The notes beneath the pieces are model-generated. The model did not search any database and had not been told where the DNA came from. It saw only the letters and a program-made list of their open reading frames with translations. The position numbers and the translations under genes were made by a program. 64,000 nt of DNA from Thermoproteota archaeon. GTDB lineage: Archaea > Korarchaeota > Korarchaeia > Korarchaeales > Korarchaeaceae. Of this stretch, positions 29,442 to 38,956 are shown one piece after another (the first letter of the stretch is position 1; each line of letters opens with the position of its first letter). The stretch covers positions 1 through 64,000 of the forward strand of contig JAOZFI010000039.1 of assembly GCA_027491395.1 (NCBI GenBank). Reading direction: 5' to 3'.

Positions 29442-29565
29442 GGGCTCACCCTACGGCACAGAAATGTACCTGTACCAGTTAATTATCCTGACCAGTCGAT
29501 ACGCCCCGTCTACACCGACACTTCACCCTTTATATGTTGGCGGGGAGCTCCTCCCCGGTGGTCCA

Positions 29566-30132
29566 TTGAGACTCAACATCAAGGTCATAGCACCAGTGAT
29601 CATGGCCGCCATCATGCTTATCGGAGTGATCAGCATGAGCTCCCCGCCCTCCCCCTTGGGGAGCGAGGAGTGGCCCCTCCCCCCAGCAGACATACCTCTC
29701 GAGAACATAACCTCCAACATGAACATCTCCGATTTCGTCTTCTTCGGAGGTCAGCCCGTAGCGAGTTTGGGAACGGGGTTAGACTTCCCGTTGGGGAGCA
29801 CGGCCTTCTACTACGTTGGAGCTTACAAGAATAATACCTTCGTGGCATTCGTTGTGGCCAAACTTCCAGATCCGCAGTACTCGGTTCAGTTTGGCGGAAG
29901 GGCCCTGAACTCCCTGAAGGAGAACCTCCCTGAGGAGAATGTGAGGTACTTGGTCACCAACGAGGGAGGCTTCTTGCAGTACCAAGGCACCAATCAGACC
30001 CTAGTGCTGTGGTACGGGCACTCTTGGTACTTCGAGATCATGGCGGGAAAGGGAGGGGACTTGGGGAGGGAAGCAGTTCAGGCGGTTAAGAGGGCCATCT
30101 ACGAGGCTATACAGAAGGTTCAGAGGGCCTGA
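29566..30132 (+). CDS. Hypothetical membrane-anchored or secreted protein
   Basis: Hydrophobic N-terminus after TTG 29566 with GGTGG RBS and TATA at about 29530; the upstream extension in the ORF track overlaps lysA. Confidence 0.65.
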   Translation: MRLNIKVIAPVIMAAIMLIGVISMSSPPSPLGSEEWPLPPADIPLENITSNMNISDFVFFGGQPVASLGTGLDFPLGSTAFYYVGAYKNNTFVAFVVAKLPDPQYSVQFGGRALNSLKENLPEENVRYLVTNEGGFLQYQGTNQTLVLWYGHSWYFEIMAGKGGDLGREAVQAVKRAIYEAIQKVQRA

Positions 30133-31241
30133 ACCTTACCTCCCTCCTCGAAAACCACCTTCAACTTAAGCTTCTCCTCCTTCACCTTGAGATTACCCAA
30201 CCCGGGCCCATCCGGCACTGTCCTGTGCCCGTCCTCGTAACCGGCTCCACCCTCGACGAAGTCCTCCTTGAGTGATATGTCGGAGTCCAGATCCGTCGTT
30301 ACCAAGTTCCTCGTGGCCGCAGCGAAGTGGACTCCCGCGGTTATACTGACCCCTCCTTCCATCATGCACCCTATCATGTTGGGTATGCCTGCCGCCTCGC
30401 TTATCGCGGCTATCCTCCTAGCCTTGAGGAGGCCTCCCGCCTTCGTCAGCTTTATGTTGATGTAGTCGGCGGCTCCCATCTCCACAACTTCGAGCGCGTC
30501 CTCAGGGGTGTGCACGGACTCGTCAGCCATTATCGGGATTGGGCTCATACTTGTGAGCACGGCCATGCCCTCGAGGTCATCCCACCTAACGGGCTGCTCC
30601 GCCAGCTCCAAGTCGTACCTGTCCATCTCGGTGAGGGCCCTCATGGCCTCTTTGACGGTCCATCCCTGATTAGCGTCTATCCTCAGCCTTATGTCCTTCC
30701 CCACAGCGTCCCTCACCGCCCTGACCCTGGCCACATCCTCCTCCACTCCGGTTCCCACCTTGAGCTTGATGACCCTGAACCCCCTCTCAACTATCCTCAG
30801 AGCCTCCTCGGCCATCTCCTCCGGTCTCTTTATCCCTATGGTGAAGTCCGTCTCGACCTTGTCCCTGTACCCGCCCAGCAGGTCCCTCACCTTGACTCCG
30901 AGGATCTTCCCCTTGAGATCGAAGACAGCCGTTTCTAGGGCGAACTTCGCTGAATTGTTACCCAAGATTGCCTTGTCCATCTTCTCCTCTATTCTCTCGA
31001 CATCCATTGGGTCCTCCCCTATCACCGCTGGGGCTAGAGTGTGCATGGCAGCTACTATGGTGTGCTCGCTCTCACCGATTATCCTCCTCGCTGGTGAGGC
31101 CTCGCCCCACCCAACTCTGCCCTCATCATCGAATACCTTTACAACTACATCCGTGCTGCTCGTGGAAGTGCCCAGCGAGATGGTAAACGGCTGTAAGTAG
31201 GGAAGATCTACGGTATAGACCTCTATCCTCTTAATGGACAT
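30120..31241 (-). CDS. Dipeptide epimerase (L-Ala-D/L-Glu epimerase family, enolase superfamily)
   Basis: PFTIS, GWGEA, KLKVG, DANQGW, EQP, DES, NIKLTKAGG, GCMME and the DLD motif. Confidence 0.9.
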   Translation of the reverse strand: MSIKRIEVYTVDLPYLQPFTISLGTSTSSTDVVVKVFDDEGRVGWGEASPARRIIGESEHTIVAAMHTLAPAVIGEDPMDVERIEEKMDKAILGNNSAKFALETAVFDLKGKILGVKVRDLLGGYRDKVETDFTIGIKRPEEMAEEALRIVERGFRVIKLKVGTGVEEDVARVRAVRDAVGKDIRLRIDANQGWTVKEAMRALTEMDRYDLELAEQPVRWDDLEGMAVLTSMSPIPIMADESVHTPEDALEVVEMGAADYINIKLTKAGGLLKARRIAAISEAAGIPNMIGCMMEGGVSITAGVHFAAATRNLVTTDLDSDISLKEDFVEGGAGYEDGHRTVPDGPGLGNLKVKEEKLKLKVVFEEGGKVQAL

Positions 31242-31338
31242 GAGACCCCCTGAGGAATCACGCTCGTTAGGGATAAAGTTACCCGCTCCGTCAACTTTCC
31301 CGTAGGAGAACCTTTAATCTCGCGAACTTCCCGATTCA

Positions 31339-32427
31339 TTGATGGCCAAGAAGTGTCCCGATGATAATCCGTATCATGTGGTAGCCGAGCTTCAAGAGCC
31401 TCTAGGAGATGGAAGGGTCAGGTGCCTGGCCTGCCCAAGGAAGTGCATAATCCCACCGGGAATGTACGGCCTGTGCAAGACCAAGCTCAATGTGGATGGT
31501 ACGCTCTGTGAGGTGAACTACTCGAAGGTCAGCAGCGTGGCCATGGATCCCATAGAGAAGAAGCCCTTCTTCCACTTCATGCCGGGCAGCTATGCCTACA
31601 GCATAGGCACCGTGGGCTGCAATCTCTTCTGCGAACACTGTCAGAATTGGGTGATAAGCCAATCGGATCCCGAGAGCTTCCGCTACCTCAGAGATCTGCC
31701 CCCAGAGGAGGCTGTCAGGGAAGCTGTGGAGCTAGGTGCCTCGAGCATAGCCTTCACCTACAACGAGCCCACCATAGTGAGCATGGAGTGGGTCGTTGAC
31801 GCGGCCAAGCTGGCCAAGGACTTCGGTCTCGCAACTCTCAGCGTGACCAACGGTTACTGGAGTGAGGAGGCTAGGGAGAGGTTAATCCCCCTGATAGATG
31901 CCGCCAATGTGGATGTCAAGGCATTCACCGACGACTTCTATAGGAAGGTGACCAAGGCCCCGTTTCTGAGGCCCGTCTTAGACACTGTACTCGCTCTTAA
32001 AAGGGCCGGAAAGCATGTTGAGGTGACTTACCTCATAATACCCACCCTAAATGATGGTGAAGAGGAGATCAGGACTTTCGCTAGGTGGATAGTTCAGGAG
32101 GTCGGAGACGACACTCCTGTTCACTTCTCACGTTTCTACCCGCATTTCAGGATGAAGAACCTTCCCCCGACTCCGATCGAATACATAAAGAGAGCTATCA
32201 GGATAGCTAGGGATGAGGGTGTTAAATTCGTTTACTCAGGGAATGTCCCGGGCGATCCAGACGAGAACACCTATTGTCCAAGGTGCGGCACTCTACTGAT
32301 AAGAAGATACGGATTTACCATAGAAAAGTGCAATCTTTCTGAGGACTCGAGGTGCCCCCAATGCGGCGAATCCATAACCATAGTGGGTCCTTGCACTGAA
32401 TCCGGGGGCTGGCTGGGTTACTTATGA
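31339..32427 (+). CDS. amrS: AmmeMemoRadiSam system radical SAM enzyme
   Basis: CLACPRKC, DPIEKKPFFHF, GCNLFCEHCQNW, FTYNEP, HFSRFYP, YSGNVPG, TYCPRCG. Confidence 0.9.
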   Translation: MMAKKCPDDNPYHVVAELQEPLGDGRVRCLACPRKCIIPPGMYGLCKTKLNVDGTLCEVNYSKVSSVAMDPIEKKPFFHFMPGSYAYSIGTVGCNLFCEHCQNWVISQSDPESFRYLRDLPPEEAVREAVELGASSIAFTYNEPTIVSMEWVVDAAKLAKDFGLATLSVTNGYWSEEARERLIPLIDAANVDVKAFTDDFYRKVTKAPFLRPVLDTVLALKRAGKHVEVTYLIIPTLNDGEEEIRTFARWIVQEVGDDTPVHFSRFYPHFRMKNLPPTPIEYIKRAIRIARDEGVKFVYSGNVPGDPDENTYCPRCGTLLIRRYGFTIEKCNLSEDSRCPQCGESITIVGPCTESGGWLGYL

Positions 32428-32447
32428 TCGGTTGATCATTTTGCCAG

Positions 32448-34418
32448 TTGACATGGGTTTCACCGAAAACCTTTTTAAGCAATACCCCTAATGTCCGGCG
32501 GCCGGTGAGATCCTTGGAGACCATCATAGAAGCCGGCGTCGATATATTGGGGAAGATCCCTTGGAAGGACGCGTCTTTTGAGGAGAAGGTACAGGCTTTG
32601 AACGAGATGTGGAAGGAAGGAGAGCAGATTAAAAAGCTACTAGAGGAGAGCACTGATCTAGAGGAGGCAAGGAAGAAAATCTACGACTACTTGGCATCGC
32701 TCGAATGGGAGCTCAGGGTAGGCAGGATAAAGCTTCATAGGATCGATTACTGGCTTGCATTGGAAGCCATAAAGAACTTCAGGAACATAATCTCACCGGA
32801 AAACGAGAAGATAGCCACCTTCAGCACCCTTGAGTATTTGTGGCGGCTAGCGAAGGAAGGAGAGAGGTTCCTCGACAAGGTAAGCATGGGCTTCATCCTC
32901 GAGTTCAAGTACCTGTTCAAGGCGATTCACGGGAACTCTAACTACGCCAAGGGATGGATCCACGATCTCTTGGGCGAGGAAAAGGCCAAGATAGTCCACG
33001 AGTTCCTTAGGATAGGCGGAAGGGAGGGCGCCATTCTCAGGTCCGAGTACCTCGATGAAGTGGCCAAGCTGGTGAAGCAGTATTTCGGCAGGTTCACTTT
33101 CGGCCTAGACCCCAAAGTCATAGAGAAGAGAGAGCAAAACATCCAGAAGATCCTCGATTACTTCGGAGCCACCAGAGACGACTGGATGGACTACAAGTGG
33201 CACTTCAAGCATGTGTTCAAGAGGCTGGAGCACGTGGACATGCTGAAGGAGCTAGTTCCCCTGACGGAGGAGGATGTCGAGAACATAAAGATGGCCATAG
33301 AGAACAGGATACCCTTCGGCATCACTCCATACTACCTGCACCTCTTCGACTTCGAGAGGGCCGACAGGAAGTGGGATCCCCAAGTCAGGGCTCAGGTGAT
33401 CCCGCCAAGGTGGTACCTCGAGGAGATGATCAAGCACAGGCAGGACAGGAACTACGTGTTCGACTTCATGAAGGAGCACGATACCTCCCCGCTGGAGCTC
33501 GTTACTAGGAGGTATCCGATGATAGCCATATTGAAGGTGGCTGACACGTGTCCGCAGATATGCGTCTACTGCCAGAGGAACTGGGAGATAGAGGAGGCCT
33601 TCAGTCCAGTGGGCATACCGCCGAAGGCCCTAATAGACAAGGCCATAGAGTGGTTCGCCAACCATGAGTCCATGATGGATGTGCTACTCACCGGCGGTGA
33701 CCCTGCAATCCTGAACGATAGGTACATGGAGTACATCCTCAGTCGTCTGGCTGAGATAGACCACATCAAGAGCATCAGAATAGGGAGCAGAATAGTCGTA
33801 ACCGTGCCTATGAGAATCACCAAGGAATACGCGGAGATGCTGAGTAGTTTCATCGAACCCAACAAGAGGAACGTGATGTTCGTCACCCACGTTGAGAGCG
33901 CAGAGGAGGTCACCCCCTACATGGCCAAGGCTGTGAAGACCCTAAGAGACCACGACATCTACGTGTACAACCAGCAGGTCTACCAGTTCGCCACCTCTAG
34001 GAGGTTCCAGTATGTCCTCACGAGGATAGCCCTCAAGATAATAGGTATAGATCCGTATTACAACTTCTATCCGAAGGGCAAGTTCGAGCAGAGGGATTTC
34101 CTCGTTCCCGTCGCAAGACTTGCCCAAGAGAGGAAGGAGGAGGCAAGGCTCCTACCCGGTCAGTATAGGACCGACGAGCCGGTGTTTAACGTCCCCGCTC
34201 TTGGAAAGAACCACATAAGGGCTTGGCAGGATCGTGAACTCATAGCCATAATGCCGGAGACTGGAAGCAGGATATATGTGTGGCATCCGTGGGAGAAGGG
34301 CATAGCTCCGGTTGATCCGTGGCCCTACGTGGATGTCCCCATCTACGACTACCTGATGAGGCTTAAGGAGGTCGGGGAGGACATAAAGGAGTACGAGAGC
34401 ATCTGGTACTACTACTGA
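32448..34418 (+). CDS. KamA-family (lysine 2,3-aminomutase-like) radical SAM protein, long form
   Basis: ITPYY, VTRRYP, CPQICVYCQR, VLLTGGDP, IRIGSR, VPMRIT, NQQV, GIDPYY; the real start may be TTG near 32515. Confidence 0.9.
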   Translation: MTWVSPKTFLSNTPNVRRPVRSLETIIEAGVDILGKIPWKDASFEEKVQALNEMWKEGEQIKKLLEESTDLEEARKKIYDYLASLEWELRVGRIKLHRIDYWLALEAIKNFRNIISPENEKIATFSTLEYLWRLAKEGERFLDKVSMGFILEFKYLFKAIHGNSNYAKGWIHDLLGEEKAKIVHEFLRIGGREGAILRSEYLDEVAKLVKQYFGRFTFGLDPKVIEKREQNIQKILDYFGATRDDWMDYKWHFKHVFKRLEHVDMLKELVPLTEEDVENIKMAIENRIPFGITPYYLHLFDFERADRKWDPQVRAQVIPPRWYLEEMIKHRQDRNYVFDFMKEHDTSPLELVTRRYPMIAILKVADTCPQICVYCQRNWEIEEAFSPVGIPPKALIDKAIEWFANHESMMDVLLTGGDPAILNDRYMEYILSRLAEIDHIKSIRIGSRIVVTVPMRITKEYAEMLSSFIEPNKRNVMFVTHVESAEEVTPYMAKAVKTLRDHDIYVYNQQVYQFATSRRFQYVLTRIALKIIGIDPYYNFYPKGKFEQRDFLVPVARLAQERKEEARLLPGQYRTDEPVFNVPALGKNHIRAWQDRELIAIMPETGSRIYVWHPWEKGIAPVDPWPYVDVPIYDYLMRLKEVGEDIKEYESIWYYY

Positions 34419-34476
34419 TCCTCCCCCCTCCTTATTTTCCCAAACGTTTTTGATGGAATCGCCTCAGGCTAGTGGT

Positions 34477-35415
34477 ATGAGGAAAATCCTAGCCATAGCT
34501 CTAATCCCATTATTTCTGGCTCCCCTCGCCTACACCTTAGCGCAACCCATAGCGATAGCCGAGTTACCCTTAGGATCCAAGCTTACATACAAGTTAGGGG
34601 GAGTTTACGTCGGTAACAAGACCTACGAGGTCTTGGGCTGGTCTTCCTCCCGAGGCAGGAGATGTAAACTGGTCAAAGTTAGTCTCTCCGTTAACGCCTC
34701 CGGTAGCTTCTTCTACAGGGGGATAAATTCCACTTCCGAGTTCTGCTACGACGAGAGGGGAAGACCCCTGAAAGAGGTCCTGTACATTCCACAGGAATTC
34801 AACTCGTCCTACACGAGGGTTGAGATAACCTATTGGTGGGAGGGCGAAGAGGTATTTCCTCACAGATCTTTGATAAGATTGATAGGTGAGAAAATGGAGA
34901 ACTATGATGTGCTGCTCAATGAAGGACTTATGATCAAGGAATCTGGTGGAAAGACTGAGAAGTTCAGGGTAAGCAGCGAGAATCTCTCGAAGGTACTGCC
35001 TTTTGTTCCCGAGAGGCTAACGGAACCATATGTCGACCTGTCATCCATCAGGCTGAAGGAGGGTTACGCGAGGAGGTACGGAGACTTCGAGGTGAAGGTG
35101 CTTTCTCTGGAGAATGTTCAGACCCCAGCTGGTCTGTTCCCTTGTTATAAGGTGCTTCTCTCCGGTTGGACCGAGGACGGCCTTCCATATAACTCAACAG
35201 TTTACGTTACAGTGAAAGAACCTAGGTTCACCACCTACTATATTACCAATATAATTGGGATAAAGCAAACTGGATACGTGGTTGAGGCCAATATCCCCGA
35301 GCCAGGGTTGAATAAGTGGATAATCTATCTCGTAATGGTATTAGTTATGCTCGCTGTACTCGCGTTCTCACTCAAAAAGAGGAGGAAGGCGGGAGAGAAG
35401 CGAGTTACTTCTTAG
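34477..35415 (+). CDS. Secreted protein with C-terminal TM anchor
   Basis: Signal peptide MRKILAIALIP, ENVQTPAGLFPCYKV beta motif, C-terminal TM plus KKRRK. Confidence 0.75.
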   Translation: MRKILAIALIPLFLAPLAYTLAQPIAIAELPLGSKLTYKLGGVYVGNKTYEVLGWSSSRGRRCKLVKVSLSVNASGSFFYRGINSTSEFCYDERGRPLKEVLYIPQEFNSSYTRVEITYWWEGEEVFPHRSLIRLIGEKMENYDVLLNEGLMIKESGGKTEKFRVSSENLSKVLPFVPERLTEPYVDLSSIRLKEGYARRYGDFEVKVLSLENVQTPAGLFPCYKVLLSGWTEDGLPYNSTVYVTVKEPRFTTYYITNIIGIKQTGYVVEANIPEPGLNKWIIYLVMVLVMLAVLAFSLKKRRKAGEKRVTS

Positions 35416-36505
35416 AAGCTTCCTCCTCCATTTTCAGCTCCTCTCCCACATCCCACTCGCTTGATTTGGAGAGCTCTAAGGCTGGTGTCTCTACCGGACC
35501 CTCCGGTATGGCGCCCTGTGGCCTGAACATCAGGACGAGGATTATTATCAGCCCTATTATGATATACTTCATGTAGGTCACGTCGAACTCAACCCTTATT
35601 CCCAAGAGACTCAGGAAAGACGGTGAGATGAACTGGTCCAAGGCGGTCATTATCAAGGTTCCCACGATCACTCCCTTGTTGTTGGCCATGCCACCCAGAA
35701 TCACCATGGTGAGGATCAAGAAGGTTATCAGAGGCTGGAAGTCGTCAGCAACTACTCCCTGTATGTAGAAGGTCCTGAGGACACCAGCTATTGCTGCTAG
35801 GGCGCTTCCTATGATCATCACCTCTCCCCTCACCCTAGGTACCACCTTGCCTAGAGCCATCGCTGCAAGGTCATCGTCCCTTACCGATTTGAGCAGCCTT
35901 CCGAATGGAGATTTGGCCAACCTCTGCACATACACGTACGCCAGGACGGCAAAGGCTACCACGACCACTGTGTACGCGAGGCTCCTCATGTGCACGTCCT
36001 TTATGAATGATAGAGGATTGGCTATCCCGGTGAGGCCGGTAAGGGCGCAAACGATTCCCTCCTCGTTTCTGGCTATGATTCTCCCCATGTCTCCAATGAA
36101 TATGAGGGTTATCGCTAGAAAGTCCTCCTTCAGCCTCAGCGCGGGATAGGATGCGGCATATCCGAACAAACCTCCCACGAAGGCTCCCAGCACGAGAGAG
36201 GCCACAAAGAGACCTATAGCTTCGGCTGGATGAGAGCTAAGGTACTCAGTCCTCAGTACGGATGCTTGCCCTGAACAGTATCCTGCTTTAATCCCAGCTA
36301 TGTAATCAACAACTCTAGCCGTGAGGACGCCAGCCATGTAGGCTCCAACTGATATGAAGAATACGTGGCCGAAATTGGGTATCCCGCCGTAGCCGTACTC
36401 CATGTTCAAGCTTAGCGCAGCTATCAGGTAGATGGCGAACAGCACCACGAAGGATGTGAAGATGGGTATGTACGACAATAGGAACTCTACCTGCACATCA
36501 TTCAC
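35405..36505 (-). CDS. livM: Branched-chain amino acid ABC permease (LivM)
   Basis: LNMEYGYGGIPNFGH, LRLKEDFLAI, SPFGRLLKSVRDD, PQGAI. Confidence 0.9.
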   Translation of the reverse strand: MNDVQVEFLLSYIPIFTSFVVLFAIYLIAALSLNMEYGYGGIPNFGHVFFISVGAYMAGVLTARVVDYIAGIKAGYCSGQASVLRTEYLSSHPAEAIGLFVASLVLGAFVGGLFGYAASYPALRLKEDFLAITLIFIGDMGRIIARNEEGIVCALTGLTGIANPLSFIKDVHMRSLAYTVVVVAFAVLAYVYVQRLAKSPFGRLLKSVRDDDLAAMALGKVVPRVRGEVMIIGSALAAIAGVLRTFYIQGVVADDFQPLITFLILTMVILGGMANNKGVIVGTLIMTALDQFISPSFLSLLGIRVEFDVTYMKYIIIGLIIILVLMFRPQGAIPEGPVETPALELSKSSEWDVGEELKMEEEASKK

Positions 36506-37427
36506 CTCCCTTGCTCATCTTCTCCTTTATCCACCCGATCACGTCGATACCAGCGAAGCCCGTCGGCTTGAGTAGCAGGACTATGACGAGTATTACGAAG
36601 GATATCAGCGGTCTGTAGGCCGTGCTCACGTGGAAGTACGTGTTCATGAAGGTGATGCCGAAGTTCTCGGCGAAACCGACTATCAGACCTCCTGCTATGG
36701 TCCCCCAGAAGCTGACCAGCCCTCCAAGTATGGAAGCCGCGAATATCCTCAGCAGGGCGTACCATCCTATTTCGGGGGTTATCACGGAGTAGGCTGACCA
36801 GAGTCCGCCAGCTATACCGGTTATCCCACCCGCGATGAACCACATGAGCCTCCTGAGCGTGTATATCTTAACTCCAGAGACCCTAGCAAGGTCCTCATTG
36901 TCGGCCATGGCCCTCAGAGCCTTCCCTGGCTTGGTGTAGTGGAACATGAGGTGCAGGAGCACGACGCTCGCTATGGTGATGGGGAACACCCATAGGTGTA
37001 TGGTTGTTATGCCCGCTCTACCGAACCTCCCTATCAGCTGGACATTCGCCTTCGCTTGTACGGTAATCACCGCATTGAGATCCGCGTAAATGAATAGGAT
37101 GTACCTGACCAGCAGACCTATGCCAATACTGGCGACTAAGAGGAAGAGAGGCTTCGACCCCCTCTTGATCATAGGTTTGAAGACTCCCTCGTCCATCGCA
37201 ACCGCAAGCAAGGCTGAGGCGAAGAAGGCAGCTATCAGAGACTCTCCCAGTCCGTAACCCATCCAGTTCACGAGTAGAGCTGTGACGTAACCTCCGACAG
37301 TGACCAGCTCGGCGTGAGCGAAATTCGCTATCTTCGTGACCGAGAAGGACATGGTGAGGCCCAAGGCCATGAGGGTGTAGAGACTCCCTAGTGTCAGGGA
37401 GTTCATCAAAGGAACAGATAAATCCAT
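36498..37427 (-). CDS. livH: Branched-chain amino acid ABC permease (LivH)
   Basis: ALGLT...NFAHAEL, GKALRAMADN, LKPTG. Confidence 0.9.
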   Translation of the reverse strand: MDLSVPLMNSLTLGSLYTLMALGLTMSFSVTKIANFAHAELVTVGGYVTALLVNWMGYGLGESLIAAFFASALLAVAMDEGVFKPMIKRGSKPLFLLVASIGIGLLVRYILFIYADLNAVITVQAKANVQLIGRFGRAGITTIHLWVFPITIASVVLLHLMFHYTKPGKALRAMADNEDLARVSGVKIYTLRRLMWFIAGGITGIAGGLWSAYSVITPEIGWYALLRIFAASILGGLVSFWGTIAGGLIVGFAENFGITFMNTYFHVSTAYRPLISFVILVIVLLLKPTGFAGIDVIGWIKEKMSKGGE

Positions 37428-37442
37428 AACATCACCTCCAAA

Positions 37443-38168
37443 TCACTTTTTACCTAGGAAAGCCTCCACGAACTTCTCGTCCGCTAGAAGATCTTTCCCT
37501 GGGCCTTTCATCACTATCCTACCGCTGGAGAAAACGTAGCCAATGTCGCAGAAGCTCAGCGCCCTCTTTGCATGTTGTTCCACTAGTATGACGGTGACGC
37601 CAGTGTCGACTATGTCCCTTATCTTCATGAAGATCTGAGTCACCACCTTAGGGGCTAATGCCGCGGCTGGCTCATCCAAGAGAAGAAGGGTAGGTCTACC
37701 CATTAAAGCCATAGCCATGGCAAGCATCTGCCTCTCTCCACCGCTCAGGGAGCCAGCTTTCTGCTTCTGCCTTTCTCTAAGGATGGGGAATATGTTGAGG
37801 ATCTCCTCCATATCTTTCTTTATCTCCTCCTTATCCTCTCTAGCGTAAGCGCCCATCTCCAAGTTCTCCTTAACAGTCAGGTTCGGAAATACGTTGTTCA
37901 CCTGGAACACGAACCCCAATCCTTTCCTGGCTCTTACCTCAGGGGGAAGCTTCGTGATCTCCTCTCCGTTGAAGATCACGCTCCCATTGAAGACCCTAGT
38001 TAGGCCGAAGAGGGTCTTGAGGAAGGTAGATTTCCCGGACCCATTAGGTCCTACTATGGCCGTGATCTTGCCCTTTTCCGCTTGAAAATTTACATCTTGA
38101 ATAATTACTGCCTTCCCATATCCCGCAGTTAAGTCTCGAGTCTCCACAATATACTCAACCATCCTCAC
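37443..38168 (-). CDS. livF: Branched-chain amino acid ABC ATPase (LivF)
   Basis: GPNGSGKST, LTVKENLEMG, LSGGERQMLA, LLDEP, VEQH. Confidence 0.92.
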   Translation of the reverse strand: MRMVEYIVETRDLTAGYGKAVIIQDVNFQAEKGKITAIVGPNGSGKSTFLKTLFGLTRVFNGSVIFNGEEITKLPPEVRARKGLGFVFQVNNVFPNLTVKENLEMGAYAREDKEEIKKDMEEILNIFPILRERQKQKAGSLSGGERQMLAMAMALMGRPTLLLLDEPAAALAPKVVTQIFMKIRDIVDTGVTVILVEQHAKRALSFCDIGYVFSSGRIVMKGPGKDLLADEKFVEAFLGKK

Positions 38169-38923
38169 TCACCCAAATAGGCGTCTATCACCCTCGGGTC
38201 CTTGTAAACACCCTCAGGATCTCCATCGTATATTAGCTCTCCGTAATTCATTACTAGAACCCTCTCTACGTAGTCGAACAGGATATCCAATCTATGTTCA
38301 ATGATCAGGAAGGTCAGCCCGTACTCATCTCTTATTCTGACTATGTGACTGAAGATCTCCCTAGCCAGCTTAGGAGCTACACCAGCCGCGGGCTCATCTA
38401 ATAGAAGAACCCTAGGCTCGGACATCATGGACCTAGTGATCTCAACGAGCTTCATCTGTCCACCACTCAGCTCTGTGGCCCAATTGTTCCTCACCCTAGA
38501 GAGACCAAACTCCTTTATCGTCTTCAAGGATTTCCTTGCGTACTCTAACTCTTGATCCCTCCAGAGATGGTGCAGAGGGGCAATTAGCGGATTCTCACCC
38601 CTCTGATTTCTGTGGGCTACCATAACATTTTCGACAACGAGCATCTTTTCGAATAACCTCGGTACTTGAAAGCTCCTAACTACCCCTTTATGGTAGATGT
38701 CCCATGGATCCAGCCCTGTTATGTCCTCTCCTCTGAAGAAAATCTTTCCCCTGTTAGGCTTGTAGACCCCCGATATCACGTTGATAAGCGTGGTTTTCCC
38801 GGACCCATTAGGTCCAATCAGACCTACTATCTGACCCTCATTCAAATCAAAAGTTACGCCGTCAACGGCTCTGATACCACCAAAATACTTGGCGACATCT
38901 CTAACCTGTAGGATAGCAGTCAT
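38165..38923 (-). CDS. livG: Branched-chain amino acid ABC ATPase (LivG)
   Basis: FGGIRAVD, GPNGSGKTT, RSFQ, LLDEPAAG, IEH, VIDAYLG. Confidence 0.92.
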   Translation of the reverse strand: MTAILQVRDVAKYFGGIRAVDGVTFDLNEGQIVGLIGPNGSGKTTLINVISGVYKPNRGKIFFRGEDITGLDPWDIYHKGVVRSFQVPRLFEKMLVVENVMVAHRNQRGENPLIAPLHHLWRDQELEYARKSLKTIKEFGLSRVRNNWATELSGGQMKLVEITRSMMSEPRVLLLDEPAAGVAPKLAREIFSHIVRIRDEYGLTFLIIEHRLDILFDYVERVLVMNYGELIYDGDPEGVYKDPRVIDAYLGE

Positions 38924-38956
38924 ATATTATCACCAAAAAGGGGAGAGGGAGGAAGT

